DNA of 64,000 bases from a virus. Its lineage: Duplodnaviria; Heunggongvirae; Uroviricota; Caudoviricetes. The translations under genes and the position numbers were made by a program. Where the stretch lies: the IMG/VR virus record IMGVR_UViG_3300035696_001272. One strand, 5' to 3'. The notes beneath the pieces were generated by a model. The model did no database searches. It saw nothing but the letters and a program-made list of their open reading frames with translations, and was not told where the DNA came from. This document shows positions 1 through 6,973 of the stretch, one piece after another (the first letter of the stretch is position 1; every line of letters begins with the position of its first letter).

Positions 1-2
1 TA

Positions 3-230
3 AGTTTATTAGAACAAGAGTGCCAAGTAGATTTCAATAATTACCCATTATCTTTTAGAAGGGGTGTTGCTGGCTATAAGGTCCCCAAGATAGTTGGCGA
101 TACTATGAAAAATAAGTGGTATCTAAATACTGAGCCACCAATTTTCACCAAGGATCAGTCGTTTCTCTCCAATATCTTTAAAAATGGCGCTGACATTTTT
201 AGACAGGAAAGTTTTAATGAACCTGCGTAG
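3..230 (+). CDS. C-terminal end of a tRNA(His) guanylyltransferase (Thg1)-like protein, truncated by the window start
   Basis: Open frame from pos 3: SLLEQECQVDFNNYPLSFRRGVAG...KWYLNTEPPIFTKDQSFL, resembling the Thg1 C-terminal NWNDLP..KRG / IPIF.KDR pattern; ends at TAG 228-230; absent from the ORF track. Confidence 0.6.
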   Translation, partial: SLLEQECQVDFNNYPLSFRRGVAGYKVPKIVGDTMKNKWYLNTEPPIFTKDQSFLSNIFKNGADIFRQESFNEPA

Positions 231-702
231 GTTTGTAAGAGCAAAAGGTGAAGTAATAGATTGCCCGTTCTGTCAGTTCCCATTGTCTTACATCGACCAT
301 CAGTATTTCAAAACGCAAGGACAGATAGGCTATCGGTGCCTTCGATGTACAGTGTCAGGTGCTCGTACTGTCAATGATAAGCCATTTTCCAGATACCATG
401 TTGCTGTCATAGAAGACTTTACAACGGGCACTATAACTTTTGGACAACTTATCATTAGTGAATCATTCGTGATTCATGTGGAAGATAACAAATGGTATAA
501 CGTCAGCAATAGTCTCATCAAAGAACAAACTGCTATAGTAATGGTTGAACCCGCTAGTAAGGAACATTTTTTTGATGGTGAGAAGGTAGCCGGTTTGGCT
601 CATGTAAGTACTCAATTATATTTTCCTTTGATAGATTCCTGGGAGCCTTGGAATAGAGAGGCTACCTTGGAGAAAATCAAAACTTACATACTATTTTCTT
701 AA
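184..702 (+). CDS. Hypothetical protein with CxxC...CxxC zinc ribbon
   Basis: ORF track; CPFC and CLRC motifs; start may be ATG 217. Confidence 0.6.
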   Translation: MALTFLDRKVLMNLRRFVRAKGEVIDCPFCQFPLSYIDHQYFKTQGQIGYRCLRCTVSGARTVNDKPFSRYHVAVIEDFTTGTITFGQLIISESFVIHVEDNKWYNVSNSLIKEQTAIVMVEPASKEHFFDGEKVAGLAHVSTQLYFPLIDSWEPWNREATLEKIKTYILFS

Positions 703-744
703 CATATTGGCGGGAGCCCTAGTAATTTATAAGATTACGCGGGC

Positions 745-774
745 TTGACATCTGGTAATAAATGGATATATTAT
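745..774 (+). promoter_or_regulatory. Sigma70-like promoter for the tRNA cluster
   Basis: TTGACA 745-750, 18-nt spacer, TATTAT 769-774, 12 nt before tRNA-Thr; also contains GGATATAT. Confidence 0.6.
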
Positions 775-786
775 ATGCACGAGTAA

Positions 787-860
787 GCTGGCTTCGTATA
801 ATGGCATTATTCTACCCTTGTAACGTAGAGACCCGAGTTCGATTCTCGGCGCCAGCTCCA
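787..860 (+). tRNA. tRNA-Thr(UGU)
   Basis: Cloverleaf GCTGGCT...CGCCAGC-T-CCA; anticodon loop CT-TGT-AA; T-arm CCGAG TTCGATT CTCGG. Confidence 0.93.
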
Positions 861-936
861 TTTGGTAAGGCTACGTAACCAGTCGTAGACTAAATACTCG
901 GGGAAGCCCATCCTCGTGATTCAAGACGGGCATTAA

Positions 937-1011
937 GCTGACGTAGTATAACGGTCATTATTCATCTTTGGTAAAGATGAGAATCGAGTTCGACTCTCGA
1001 CTTCAGCTCCA
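937..1011 (+). tRNA. tRNA-Thr(GGU)
   Basis: GCTGACG...CTTCAGC-T-CCA; anticodon stem CATCT/AGATG, loop TT-GGT-AA; T-arm TCGAG TTCGACT CTCGA. Confidence 0.93.
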
Positions 1012-1054
1012 TAACAATCCATCACATTTGATATATTCGTTAAGTGGTGAACAT

Positions 1055-1960
1055 ATGACAAGTTGGTGGAACAAAAATTTGCCGGGTGAACGCCTGGAAG
1101 AATTCAAATCTTGGGTAGAAAAAGACTTACAAACCGATAGAGTTTATTGTAGGAAATATATAGCTGAAAAACTCTACGAAAGTATCTTGGATTGTGGCTG
1201 TGGTATGGCTACTGACTACTACGGTTTTAAAGAAGAGAATTACCCAATCAATTATGCTGGACTGGATAGTTGTACCTATCTAATTGAGTTGCATCGAAGC
1301 AATGGCATTCCAATGATTGATGCAGAGTTGGACAATCCTTTACCAGTTGCAGAAGACAGCTACGATTGTGTTTATGGTCGTGAGATAATGGAGCATCTCC
1401 AATATCACCGACGTGCACTAGATGAGTTTATTAGGATTGCTAAAAAAGAAGTAATCATTTCTTGGTTCATCAAACCAGATCATAAACCAGAGGATATCAG
1501 ATATCGTAGAGATGAAGATATCTTTCATAATAAGTACAACATCGATCAGCTACAGAACTTTATACTAAGTAATGATAAGGTAGAAAGTTTTACATGGGTC
1601 GAGCCAAACGATAAGCATGTTGTGCTCCATATTATGTTGAAGAACAGAGGGCCTAGACTTTCTGTAGAAGAACGAGATGGTATTATAGAGCTGGAAAGAA
1701 TAGCGAGCATGACTCAGGAAGATGTGATCAAGTGGGAAACGCTAACTAACGAAGAAAAAGAAGCGGAAAGAGCAAGATGGGCAGCCTTAACTGAACAGGA
1801 AAGAGAAGCTGAGCGAGTGAGAAAGGCTAATGGAATTGTAGAGCCAAATCCAACGGATGATGCAAGATTGGCTGCTGAACTTGAAGTTACTCCAGAAGTC
1901 GTGGAGTCAGAGGCAACACCAGAGCCAGTAGTCGAACCAGAATCTGATAAGACTGAATAA
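1055..1960 (+). CDS. Class I SAM-dependent methyltransferase with acidic C-terminal tail
   Basis: ILDCGCG motif I, YAGLD, SYDCVYGREIMEHL; ORF-track start 968 lies inside a tRNA, so ATG 1055 is used. Confidence 0.8.
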   Translation: MTSWWNKNLPGERLEEFKSWVEKDLQTDRVYCRKYIAEKLYESILDCGCGMATDYYGFKEENYPINYAGLDSCTYLIELHRSNGIPMIDAELDNPLPVAEDSYDCVYGREIMEHLQYHRRALDEFIRIAKKEVIISWFIKPDHKPEDIRYRRDEDIFHNKYNIDQLQNFILSNDKVESFTWVEPNDKHVVLHIMLKNRGPRLSVEERDGIIELERIASMTQEDVIKWETLTNEEKEAERARWAALTEQEREAERVRKANGIVEPNPTDDARLAAELEVTPEVVESEATPEPVVEPESDKTE

Positions 1961-1966
1961 ATTAAA

Positions 1967-2040
1967 GCTGATGTCGTATAGTGGAATTACGCTGCCTTCG
2001 TACCGCAGTCACGTGAGTTCGATTCTCACCATCAGCTCCA
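1967..2040 (+). tRNA. tRNA-Thr(CGU)
   Basis: GCTGATG...CATCAGC-T-CCA; loop TT-CGT-AC; T-arm GTGAG TTCGATT CTCAC. Confidence 0.92.
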
Positions 2041-2063
2041 AAGCATTTTATTAGAGGATTCAA

Positions 2064-2291
2064 ATGATATCAGTTGATCGAGTTGCTGAAGTTATTCAGA
2101 AGTATCAATCGCTTATTGATGTGGAACAAGATTCAGAGACAAAGAAACGAATGATATCTTGGCTCGATGGTATGAAGAAGGTATACGAATCTCTTGTCAG
2201 GGCTAATGTTCCCTGTCCAACCGAATTAGAAGAAGAAGTAGATAAGGCACTTAAAGTTATAGAGGGTATGTATAATAACCGCATAAATTAA
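2064..2291 (+). CDS. Hypothetical protein
   Basis: ORF with GAGG SD upstream. Confidence 0.65.
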   Translation: MISVDRVAEVIQKYQSLIDVEQDSETKKRMISWLDGMKKVYESLVRANVPCPTELEEEVDKALKVIEGMYNNRIN

Positions 2292-2301
2292 CATAATTAA
2301 T

Positions 2302-2653
2302 GGGCACGCCCAGGTTTCGACGTGGTAAAGAATCAACGAAACGATACAGACAGAAGAGATTACACTTCTCAAAGTAATCAACGTTTGAATGCTAACGATA
2401 ATGCATTTGCTGAAGCAGCCTAAACAGCACTTCACGTTCTGAGATGAGATATTTTTGGTAATCAAAAGAACGCCAACCCACAAAAGATAGGTTTGAAATC
2501 GGTTACGGGTTTCAAATTGAAATTAACAGTAGATAGCCAGTTGGAGCGAGTATCTAACAGCGTTGTTAGTGACGCTAATACTAACTAAGTCTGTGAACGA
2601 ATTTCGCTGAGGGCATATCGCGGACAAGGGTTCGATTCCCTTCGTGTCCACCA
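2302..2653 (+). ncRNA. ssrA: tmRNA; tag reading frame 2391-2423 encodes ANDNAFAEAA*
   Basis: 5' GGGCACG pairs with 3' CGTGTCC-A-CCA with a G3:U70 Ala determinant; 5' GGTTTCGAC motif; T-arm AAGGG TTCGATT CCCTT; tag ORF GCT AAC GAT AAT GCA TTT GCT GAA GCA GCC TAA. Confidence 0.95.
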
Positions 2654-2662
2654 GAGGTAAGT

Positions 2663-2857
2663 ATGGATTTTCCAAATCTTAGTAGCATCGAAGCATTTTA
2701 TCAAGAGCAGCTGGATGCTGCCGGCCCTTTTGCAGATTGTGTTGAAGCAAAGGAAACTTGGTGGGAATACAATCAATTGATTGAACAGGAAGTGGCCGAT
2801 GAGCTTGCTGAAAAGAATATTCCAAAAGAAATTTACACTTTGAACGATTCGTGGTAA
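2663..2857 (+). CDS. Small acidic hypothetical protein
   Basis: ORF with GAGGT SD directly after the tmRNA. Confidence 0.6.
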   Translation: MDFPNLSSIEAFYQEQLDAAGPFADCVEAKETWWEYNQLIEQEVADELAEKNIPKEIYTLNDSW

Positions 2858-2859
2858 GT

Positions 2860-3348
2860 ATGAAATGGCCTCTCCGAAATAAAGTGCCTGCCCTTCCACC
2901 TGTGGGAGGTGTGGGCGATTTTGGTTTTAGACGATCATTCTACCATCATCCGGGCGTGGATGTTTACTGTGGCTTTGGTCAAGAAGTCCAAGCCATTGAA
3001 GATGGAACAGTTATTCTTGTTGAGAATTTCACTGGACCGAATGCAAATCCCCCCAGTCCATGGTGGTTAGACACATGGTCAATCTTGGTGGAAGGTGCAT
3101 CGGGTGTTTTGGGCTATTGCGAAATCAAACCGCTTCCCCATATCAAAATTGGACAAACCGTCAAAGAGGGCGAGTTGATTGCCACTGTTATTCCTGTCCT
3201 CAAGAAGGACAAGGGTAACGGAACGACTATGCTGCATTTTGAACATTATGTTCCAGGAACTAAGAATCACGTTACTTGGGTCTTGGATACTATCAAACCA
3301 GAAGAGCTTTTGGACTCCAGAGTATTGCTGGAAAAATTAACCGACTAA
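2860..3348 (+). CDS. M23-family metallopeptidase domain protein
   Basis: HPGVD (HxxxD), AIEDGTV, MLHFE. Confidence 0.75.
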   Translation: MKWPLRNKVPALPPVGGVGDFGFRRSFYHHPGVDVYCGFGQEVQAIEDGTVILVENFTGPNANPPSPWWLDTWSILVEGASGVLGYCEIKPLPHIKIGQTVKEGELIATVIPVLKKDKGNGTTMLHFEHYVPGTKNHVTWVLDTIKPEELLDSRVLLEKLTD

Positions 3349-3369
3349 TAAAAGGATATATGAGTTGTC

Positions 3370-3963
3370 ATGAGTCTATAGAACCAATTGATTATCGATA
3401 TGAAGGGCACTCTACAAACCGAGTCCCAATCCGTGTATCAACACGGCGTCTCTGTCAAAGAGCACATTTTTGAATTGATTTCATTTTTAAAAACCGGCCA
3501 GATTAGTGAAGGTTGGCGATTACCTACCTGGATGTATGATTACCGAGCACAATTATTGTCCTCGCTTCTTTCAGAAGATATCATTGAAGAGTACACTATC
3601 TTCCATGATTGCGGTAAACCATACTGCTTGACCATTGATGAAAAGGGCAAGCGACACTTTCCAGATCATGCCGAAGTTTCTTATCGTATCTGGCAGACTG
3701 TCAGTTCCAATCAAACAGTCGCCAATCTCATTCGTATGGATATGAAAATTCATACCATGAAAGCGGCTGATATTGATGAATTCATTCAGCATCCCGAGGC
3801 CACAACGTTGTTGTTGGCGGGATTAGCTGAAATTCATAGCAACGCCAAGATGTTTGGCGGCATTGAATCTGAGTCCTTTAAGATCAAGTGGAGTCAAATT
3901 AACAAACGTGGCAAAGCGATTTGTCAGAAACTATTTGGAGATAATCATGTGTCTATAGATTAA
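3370..3963 (+). CDS. HD-domain phosphohydrolase (similar to HD domains of tRNA nucleotidyltransferases); proposed ATG 3370 start with in-frame TAG at codon 4
   Basis: HGVSV...IFHDCGKP...RHFPDHAEVS; ATG AGT CTA TAG AAC CAA in frame with ORF 3388..3963; alternative starts TTG 3388 or ATG 3400. Confidence 0.75.
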
Positions 3964-4294
3964 AGAAGGCGACAAGCTATATGTTATTACTCGTAGGGAT
4001 TTGGAACCGGGTTACCAAGCCGTGCAAAGCATGCATGCTTTGAGACAGTTTACGGCTGATCATCCCGAGATTGATAGGCAATGGTTTGAGCAATCTAATT
4101 ACTTAGGTTTGCTCTCAGTCGCAGATGAAAAAGAGTTGACAGATTTGATTGAACAGGCAACGTATCATAACATTCCGTTCTCTGTTTTTAGAGAGCCTGA
4201 TGTTGACAACCAGATCACAGCAATTGCTTTGGCACCTGGTACAAAATCAAAGAAGTTGTGCAGTCGATTGCCTTTGGCATTAAGAGGAAAGTAA
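3947..4294 (+). CDS. Peptidyl-tRNA hydrolase 2 (PTH2/PTRHD1)-like protein with in-frame TAG at codon 4
   Basis: KLYVITRRDLEPGYQAVQSMHA...SVADEKEL...FREPD...ITAIALAP; GGAG SD 6 nt before ATG TGT CTA TAG ATT AAA; the conserved first strand lies upstream of the ORF-track TTG 4001. Confidence 0.75.
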
Positions 4295-4295
4295 A

Positions 4296-4565
4296 ATGAA
4301 GTGGACTGATAAAGAAGATGGGCCCGAATGTTTTTGTGGTATGCCAACCTTCGTGATTGTGGATGAAAGTGGCACTGCCGGTTTGATCTGCATTCTTCAT
4401 GAAGGAGCTAATGGAGCTTTATTTCCATTACCAAATGAAAGGCCCGAAACTTGGCCTAACCTTTCCATTGACGACTTGGATGCATTAATGCTTAAGGGTC
4501 AAGATGAGCATGATGTTCGGGAAGCGGAAAAGGAACATGAGAAAAACAAGCTTAGCCTCTCTTAA
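4296..4565 (+). CDS. Hypothetical protein
   Basis: ORF track; translationally coupled spacing. Confidence 0.6.
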   Translation: MKWTDKEDGPECFCGMPTFVIVDESGTAGLICILHEGANGALFPLPNERPETWPNLSIDDLDALMLKGQDEHDVREAEKEHEKNKLSLS

Positions 4566-4875
4566 AGAGCGGTTGACTGGTTGGTTACCGTGGGATAAAG
4601 CCATGTATGAAGTAGGCGCTTGCTTGGGATTTTGGCCCGAATTTGGAGCGCCACCTTCTGTGGATGATTCTAATGATCCATGGAATGGAGTCAAAGATGT
4701 CATCTACACCACTAAGCATGAGCCACTAGGAGCTATACTAGAATGGTTCTTAATAGATTTAGTAGAAGTAGGGTGCATTGAAGACAAAGCAGTGGATGAA
4801 GACGGAGTGCCCACTTCTTATTATAGATGGAATCCAAATTATAAAGGGGAAGCGGATATCATTACTATGCTATGA
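4537..4875 (+). CDS. Hypothetical protein
   Basis: AGGA SD before ATG 4537, within ORF 4504..4875. Confidence 0.6.
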   Translation: MRKTSLASLKERLTGWLPWDKAMYEVGACLGFWPEFGAPPSVDDSNDPWNGVKDVIYTTKHEPLGAILEWFLIDLVEVGCIEDKAVDEDGVPTSYYRWNPNYKGEADIITML

Positions 4876-5066
4876 TAGTATGCCTCCATAGCTCAAAGGA
4901 AGAGCAGCCGTCTCTAAAACGGTGGATGCGATGTCAGAATTCGCTGGGGGCGCAAGAGGTTATTATGGTTATCGTTTCATGCTTACTAATATCTATAGTT
5001 GCTGGTACATTTTTAGGAATCCTAATGCATATTTGGAATGATTGGGTTGAACGTAATAAAAAGTAA
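4872..5066 (+). CDS. Small membrane protein
   Basis: Hydrophobic stretch VIMVIVSCLLISIVAGTFLGILMHIW. Confidence 0.5.
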   Translation: MIVCLHSSKEEQPSLKRWMRCQNSLGAQEVIMVIVSCLLISIVAGTFLGILMHIWNDWVERNKK

Positions 5067-5073
5067 GTCGTAT

Positions 5074-5146
5074 GGGCTGTTAGCTCAGTTGGTAGAGCGG
5101 ATACCTCTAAATTATCTGGTCACGGGTTCGACTCCCGTACAGCCCT
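5074..5146 (+). tRNA. Amber suppressor tRNA, anticodon CUA (no encoded CCA)
   Basis: GGGCTGT/ACAGCCC acceptor, GCTC/GAGC D-stem, GATAC CT-CTA-AA TTATC anticodon arm (CTA at 5107-5109), ACGGG TTCGACT CCCGT T-arm, U73 followed by CAA. Confidence 0.9.
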
Positions 5147-5157
5147 CAAGGAGAATC

Positions 5158-5370
5158 ATGAAAAGTCATACTTGTTCTGCCTGGAAAAAAGATGAACATG
5201 CAGATTGCAATACCAAGTGTCCAGCTTGTCGTGCTCAAGACAATATTGAATGCACCTGTCCAGATTGGTGGTTTCCACAAGACCGTCGAGAACAATTGAG
5301 AAAATTACCTCATGATTACGGTAGGATACTTCAACATCACGCGTCCTGTGCCAAAAGAAATCACGAATAA
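5158..5370 (+). CDS. Small Cys/His-rich hypothetical protein
   Basis: AGGAG SD before ATG 5158; the ORF-track extension to 5038 runs through the tRNA. Confidence 0.55.
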   Translation: MKSHTCSAWKKDEHADCNTKCPACRAQDNIECTCPDWWFPQDRREQLRKLPHDYGRILQHHASCAKRNHE

Positions 5371-5388
5371 AATGATATATAATTTGAC

Positions 5389-5571
5389 ATGCAAAAATTC
5401 ATGACTAAATTAGAGATGCAGATTCGTGTGAAAGATCTTCGTGAAGAATTAGAAGCTAGGACCAAAACTGGCATCGTCAAAATGGCCGCTGAAGATGGCA
5501 CACCTGTACCAACTGAAACTCTTCAAAACGAGATGTTTAACCTTATTTATCGATTGAGCAAATTTGAGTGA
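5389..5571 (+). CDS. Hypothetical protein
   Basis: ORF; TGATATAT 8 nt upstream. Confidence 0.6.
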   Translation: MQKFMTKLEMQIRVKDLREELEARTKTGIVKMAAEDGTPVPTETLQNEMFNLIYRLSKFE

Positions 5572-6034
5572 ATTGAAATTGACCATTGAGTTGGTTCCAT
5601 CTACCTCATGGGGAAACAACATAAGAGCCGTAATGACGAACAGACAATGGAACGCACTAAGCGGCATGGTCTGTGATCAGGCTTGGAATGTCTGCGAGGT
5701 TTGTGGTGGAGTTGGTCCCGAACATCCAGTTGAGTGCCATGAAATATGGCAATACAACGAGCGGACACAAATCCAGAAATTAATTGGAATGGTTGCTTTG
5801 TGCCCAGATTGCCATATGGTCAAACACATTGGCTTAGCTAGAGTCAAGGGTAAATACAAAGAAGCGCTCAAACACTTCATCAAGGTAAATGGTCTAAAGC
5901 GGCAAGCAGCTGAAGAATACATTGCACAAGCTTTTGACACTTGGAGAAGCCGTAGCAAACAAAAATGGACTCTAGATCTATCGTATCTGAAACGGTATGG
6001 CATTGATCCAGAAAAGCTAAAGGAACCCGAATGA
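5564..6034 (+). CDS. HNH-family endonuclease
   Basis: CEVCG...ECHEIWQY...ALCPDCHMVKH. Confidence 0.75.
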   Translation: MSELKLTIELVPSTSWGNNIRAVMTNRQWNALSGMVCDQAWNVCEVCGGVGPEHPVECHEIWQYNERTQIQKLIGMVALCPDCHMVKHIGLARVKGKYKEALKHFIKVNGLKRQAAEEYIAQAFDTWRSRSKQKWTLDLSYLKRYGIDPEKLKEPE

Positions 6035-6447
6035 TTACTAAGTGGTACTTTTCAAGTGGTGGAAGCATACCGTCTGATTCTCAACCTGACAAAAGATATT
6101 GGGTGTTAGAAGATCCGCGTAAGATGGGTCTCAAGAATGGCCTTCGCCAATTGACTGTCGAGCAATTAGAAAGAGTCATTAACTATCCTGGCGAAATGGT
6201 ATTGGACTCATTTAATTATGAAGACGGAAAGTTCTGTCCTTTGGCTGTGGCGTTGGAACTAGACAAAACCATGACTAACCCCACACATGATAAGGTTTTC
6301 CAAACCTTGACAGACATGGGTTACAAAGTTTACAATACTCGCGGAATTCCAGGCGAGTTTTACACAACCAATAGACTGGAAGATTTGCTGGAAGCAGCAA
6401 AAGAAGTGTTACAGGAGAAAATCAAGCTAAATGCAAACAACCAATAA
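6031..6447 (+). CDS. Hypothetical protein
   Basis: ORF; ATGA overlap. Confidence 0.65.
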   Translation: MITKWYFSSGGSIPSDSQPDKRYWVLEDPRKMGLKNGLRQLTVEQLERVINYPGEMVLDSFNYEDGKFCPLAVALELDKTMTNPTHDKVFQTLTDMGYKVYNTRGIPGEFYTTNRLEDLLEAAKEVLQEKIKLNANNQ

Positions 6448-6973
6448 TCAATCTCAGTATCGTACTCGTATCAATAAGTATATTCGTGTTCCTCAAATCC
6501 GAGTGGTTTTATCGGATGGTAGCAATGGTGGTGTGATGAACACCTATGAAGCTCTCAAGCTGGCTCAAGATCAAGGTCTTGACTTGGTAGAAATCAATCC
6601 GCGAGCCGTGCCACCAGTCTGCAAGATTATGGACTACGGCAAATACAAATACGAAGAAAAGAAAAAGGCTCAGGCAGCTAAGAAGAATCAACAGACTCAA
6701 GAGATGAAAGAGTTGACCTTCCGTCCTAATACTGATGAAAATGACTTAAATCATAAGCTAGTTCAGGCTAAAGAGTTCCTCGAAGAAGGAAACAAAGTTA
6801 AGTTTGCAGTTCGCTTCCGTGGTCGTGAAATTGTCCACTCTGATATAGGTAGAGCAAAGCTTGAGTGGATTCTTGAGCAATTGGACGGTCTTATCTCCAC
6901 CAATCCACAGATTTCGTTGGAAGGCAAGATCATGTGGATGATGGTTAACCCCGCTAAAGGTAACGGCAAGTAA
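6431..6973 (+). CDS. infC: Translation initiation factor IF-3
   Basis: RINKYIRVPQIRVV...LDLVEINP...PPVCKIMDYGKYKYE...KELTFRPNTDENDL..K...FLEEGNKVK...FRGRE. Confidence 0.95.
   Translation: MQTTNNQSQYRTRINKYIRVPQIRVVLSDGSNGGVMNTYEALKLAQDQGLDLVEINPRAVPPVCKIMDYGKYKYEEKKKAQAAKKNQQTQEMKELTFRPNTDENDLNHKLVQAKEFLEEGNKVKFAVRFRGREIVHSDIGRAKLEWILEQLDGLISTNPQISLEGKIMWMMVNPAKGNGK

Noticed and set aside
861-936. HDV-like/theta or pistol ribozyme, or group I intron fragment, between the tRNAs
   Set aside because: Helix order and lengths do not fit these folds by eye; the AGACTAAAT similarity to a group I element is too short. Kept only as an unassigned structured spacer.
968-1054. N-terminal extension of the methyltransferase in the ORF track
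   Set aside because: It runs through tRNA-Thr(GGU); ATG 1055 with an upstream SD-like sequence is more plausible.
2226-2899. Minus-strand ORFs 2226..2483 and 2585..2899
   Set aside because: Antisense shadows of the tmRNA and neighbouring genes (WWTRRESNP is the reverse-strand T-arm signature).
5074-5146. Pyrrolysine tRNA
   Set aside because: It has a canonical D-loop, 5-bp anticodon stem, 5-nt variable loop and TTCGA T-loop, unlike tRNA-Pyl; no pylS/pylBCD in the window.
5038-5157. N-terminal part of ORF 5038..5370
   Set aside because: It is the suppressor tRNA read as protein; the real start is ATG 5158 after AGGAG.
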